From assembly GCA_977862235.1 (NCBI GenBank), contig OZ374559.1, positions 2,108,001 through 2,172,000 of the forward strand: DNA of 64,000 nucleotides, given 5' to 3'. The notes beneath the pieces are model-generated. The model saw nothing but the letters and a program-made list of their open reading frames with translations, was not told the DNA's origin and did not search any database. Origin of the DNA: Dudresnaya verticillata (Eukaryota). The position numbers were made by a program, and so were the translations under genes. Positions 63,104 to 64,000 of this stretch are shown here, piece by piece. Each line of letters begins with the position of its first letter. The stretch's first letter is position 1.

Positions 63104-64000
63104 TTTTAACAGTAGTACTCTACGGAATAGGTGCAACCTCTGGGCATTCGCTAGAATGAGTACGGGTGGCTGTGAAGCGCCTGGTTTCGAGATTCCAGCG
63201 CTCATGATTTGTGCACAAAAGGGTGGAGAGTCCGACTTTAAGGGTGCAGGCATTTCTGCACAAATGTACAGAGAGGCATCAAGATACGCAGTGTCACCAT
63301 AGTCCCCCGAGACAGTTTCGGTTGGTACCGAGTTGGCGCCAACGCGTGGTCTAACCTTGAGTGTGGATAGGAGTTCAATCCAAATTACTATCCCTATACA
63401 ATCGTATGACCTGCGACTCGCAACCATGCGCATGATTTGGTCGTGAATATCTCGCAGCCTGTTTTTCGGGTAGCATAGGACTACTGTACGGACTGCAGCC
63501 CGGATCTCTCTTGTACTGCAGACCCCTCATAGTAGTCACATACTGGTCGGGTTTCGCAGTCCTGAGACTGGAGAGTGTAGTACCGAGACTGTAGCATGTA
63601 TCTGTCCACGATTGGTATGAGCAAAATCCATGCACAAGCGGATGAGGTCAATGACAGCGGCTGGGTCACATGGTTTTTAATTTAATGCACATTCTTTCTC
63701 TCATGCAGTGGGAAGCGTTGTACATGTATGTATTGGGCAAGGGCGGAAAGCTGTGTCCGACAGAGGCAGTAGTCAGAATTCATTGAGATATCCCATCCAG
63801 AACTTCGGCTTACCGGTGCACACGATAGCCTGAGAAATATGCCACCGAAAAAGAAGAAGGGAGTGGCGCTGAGGTCTGTATCCAACACAGGACAGACCTC
63901 AGCAGACGTAAGAGCGCCTGTATCATCTGGGAATGATAGAGTTCTGTTCGGAGATGTCGTTAATGGAGCTACGCACAAGCGAGTCGACCCTCGTTCATGT

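Noticed and set aside
1..64000. CRISPR array, rRNA, tRNA, prokaryotic operons or defence systems
   Set aside because: No repeat-spacer periodicity or RNA-gene signatures were seen. All RTs belong to eukaryotic LINE, CRE, gypsy or DIRS classes.

Overview
This is eukaryotic, transposon-rich DNA. It is probably from a florideophyte red alga, inferred from the GH45/GT92 content, short GT-AG introns with CTGAC/CTAAT branch sites and 'xRQ' pro-segments; this was not verified. Bases 1-14329 are about 2.9 near-identical tandem copies of a 4909-bp unit. Each copy carries a secreted, strongly cationic 12-Cys peptide gene with two beta-defensin-like domains, and a diverged broken paralogue lies near 32 kb. 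From 14-36 kb there is a nest of decayed retroelements: APE-type LINEs, CRE-like REL non-LTR elements, Ty3/gypsy remnants, and a complete but inactivated 4.5-kb tyrosine-recombinase (DIRS-group) retrotransposon with unusual A...A-B termini plus two solo termini. From 37-52 kb is a host island of secreted or cell-wall genes: an apparently circularly permuted GH45 endoglucanase, a GT92 glycosyltransferase, two paralogous small prepropeptides with a conserved C-terminal motif, and a spliced 6-Cys peptide. From 55-60 kb are two LINE RT remnants. Five LINE 3' ends share a covarying stem-loop. No rRNA, tRNA or CRISPR array was seen.
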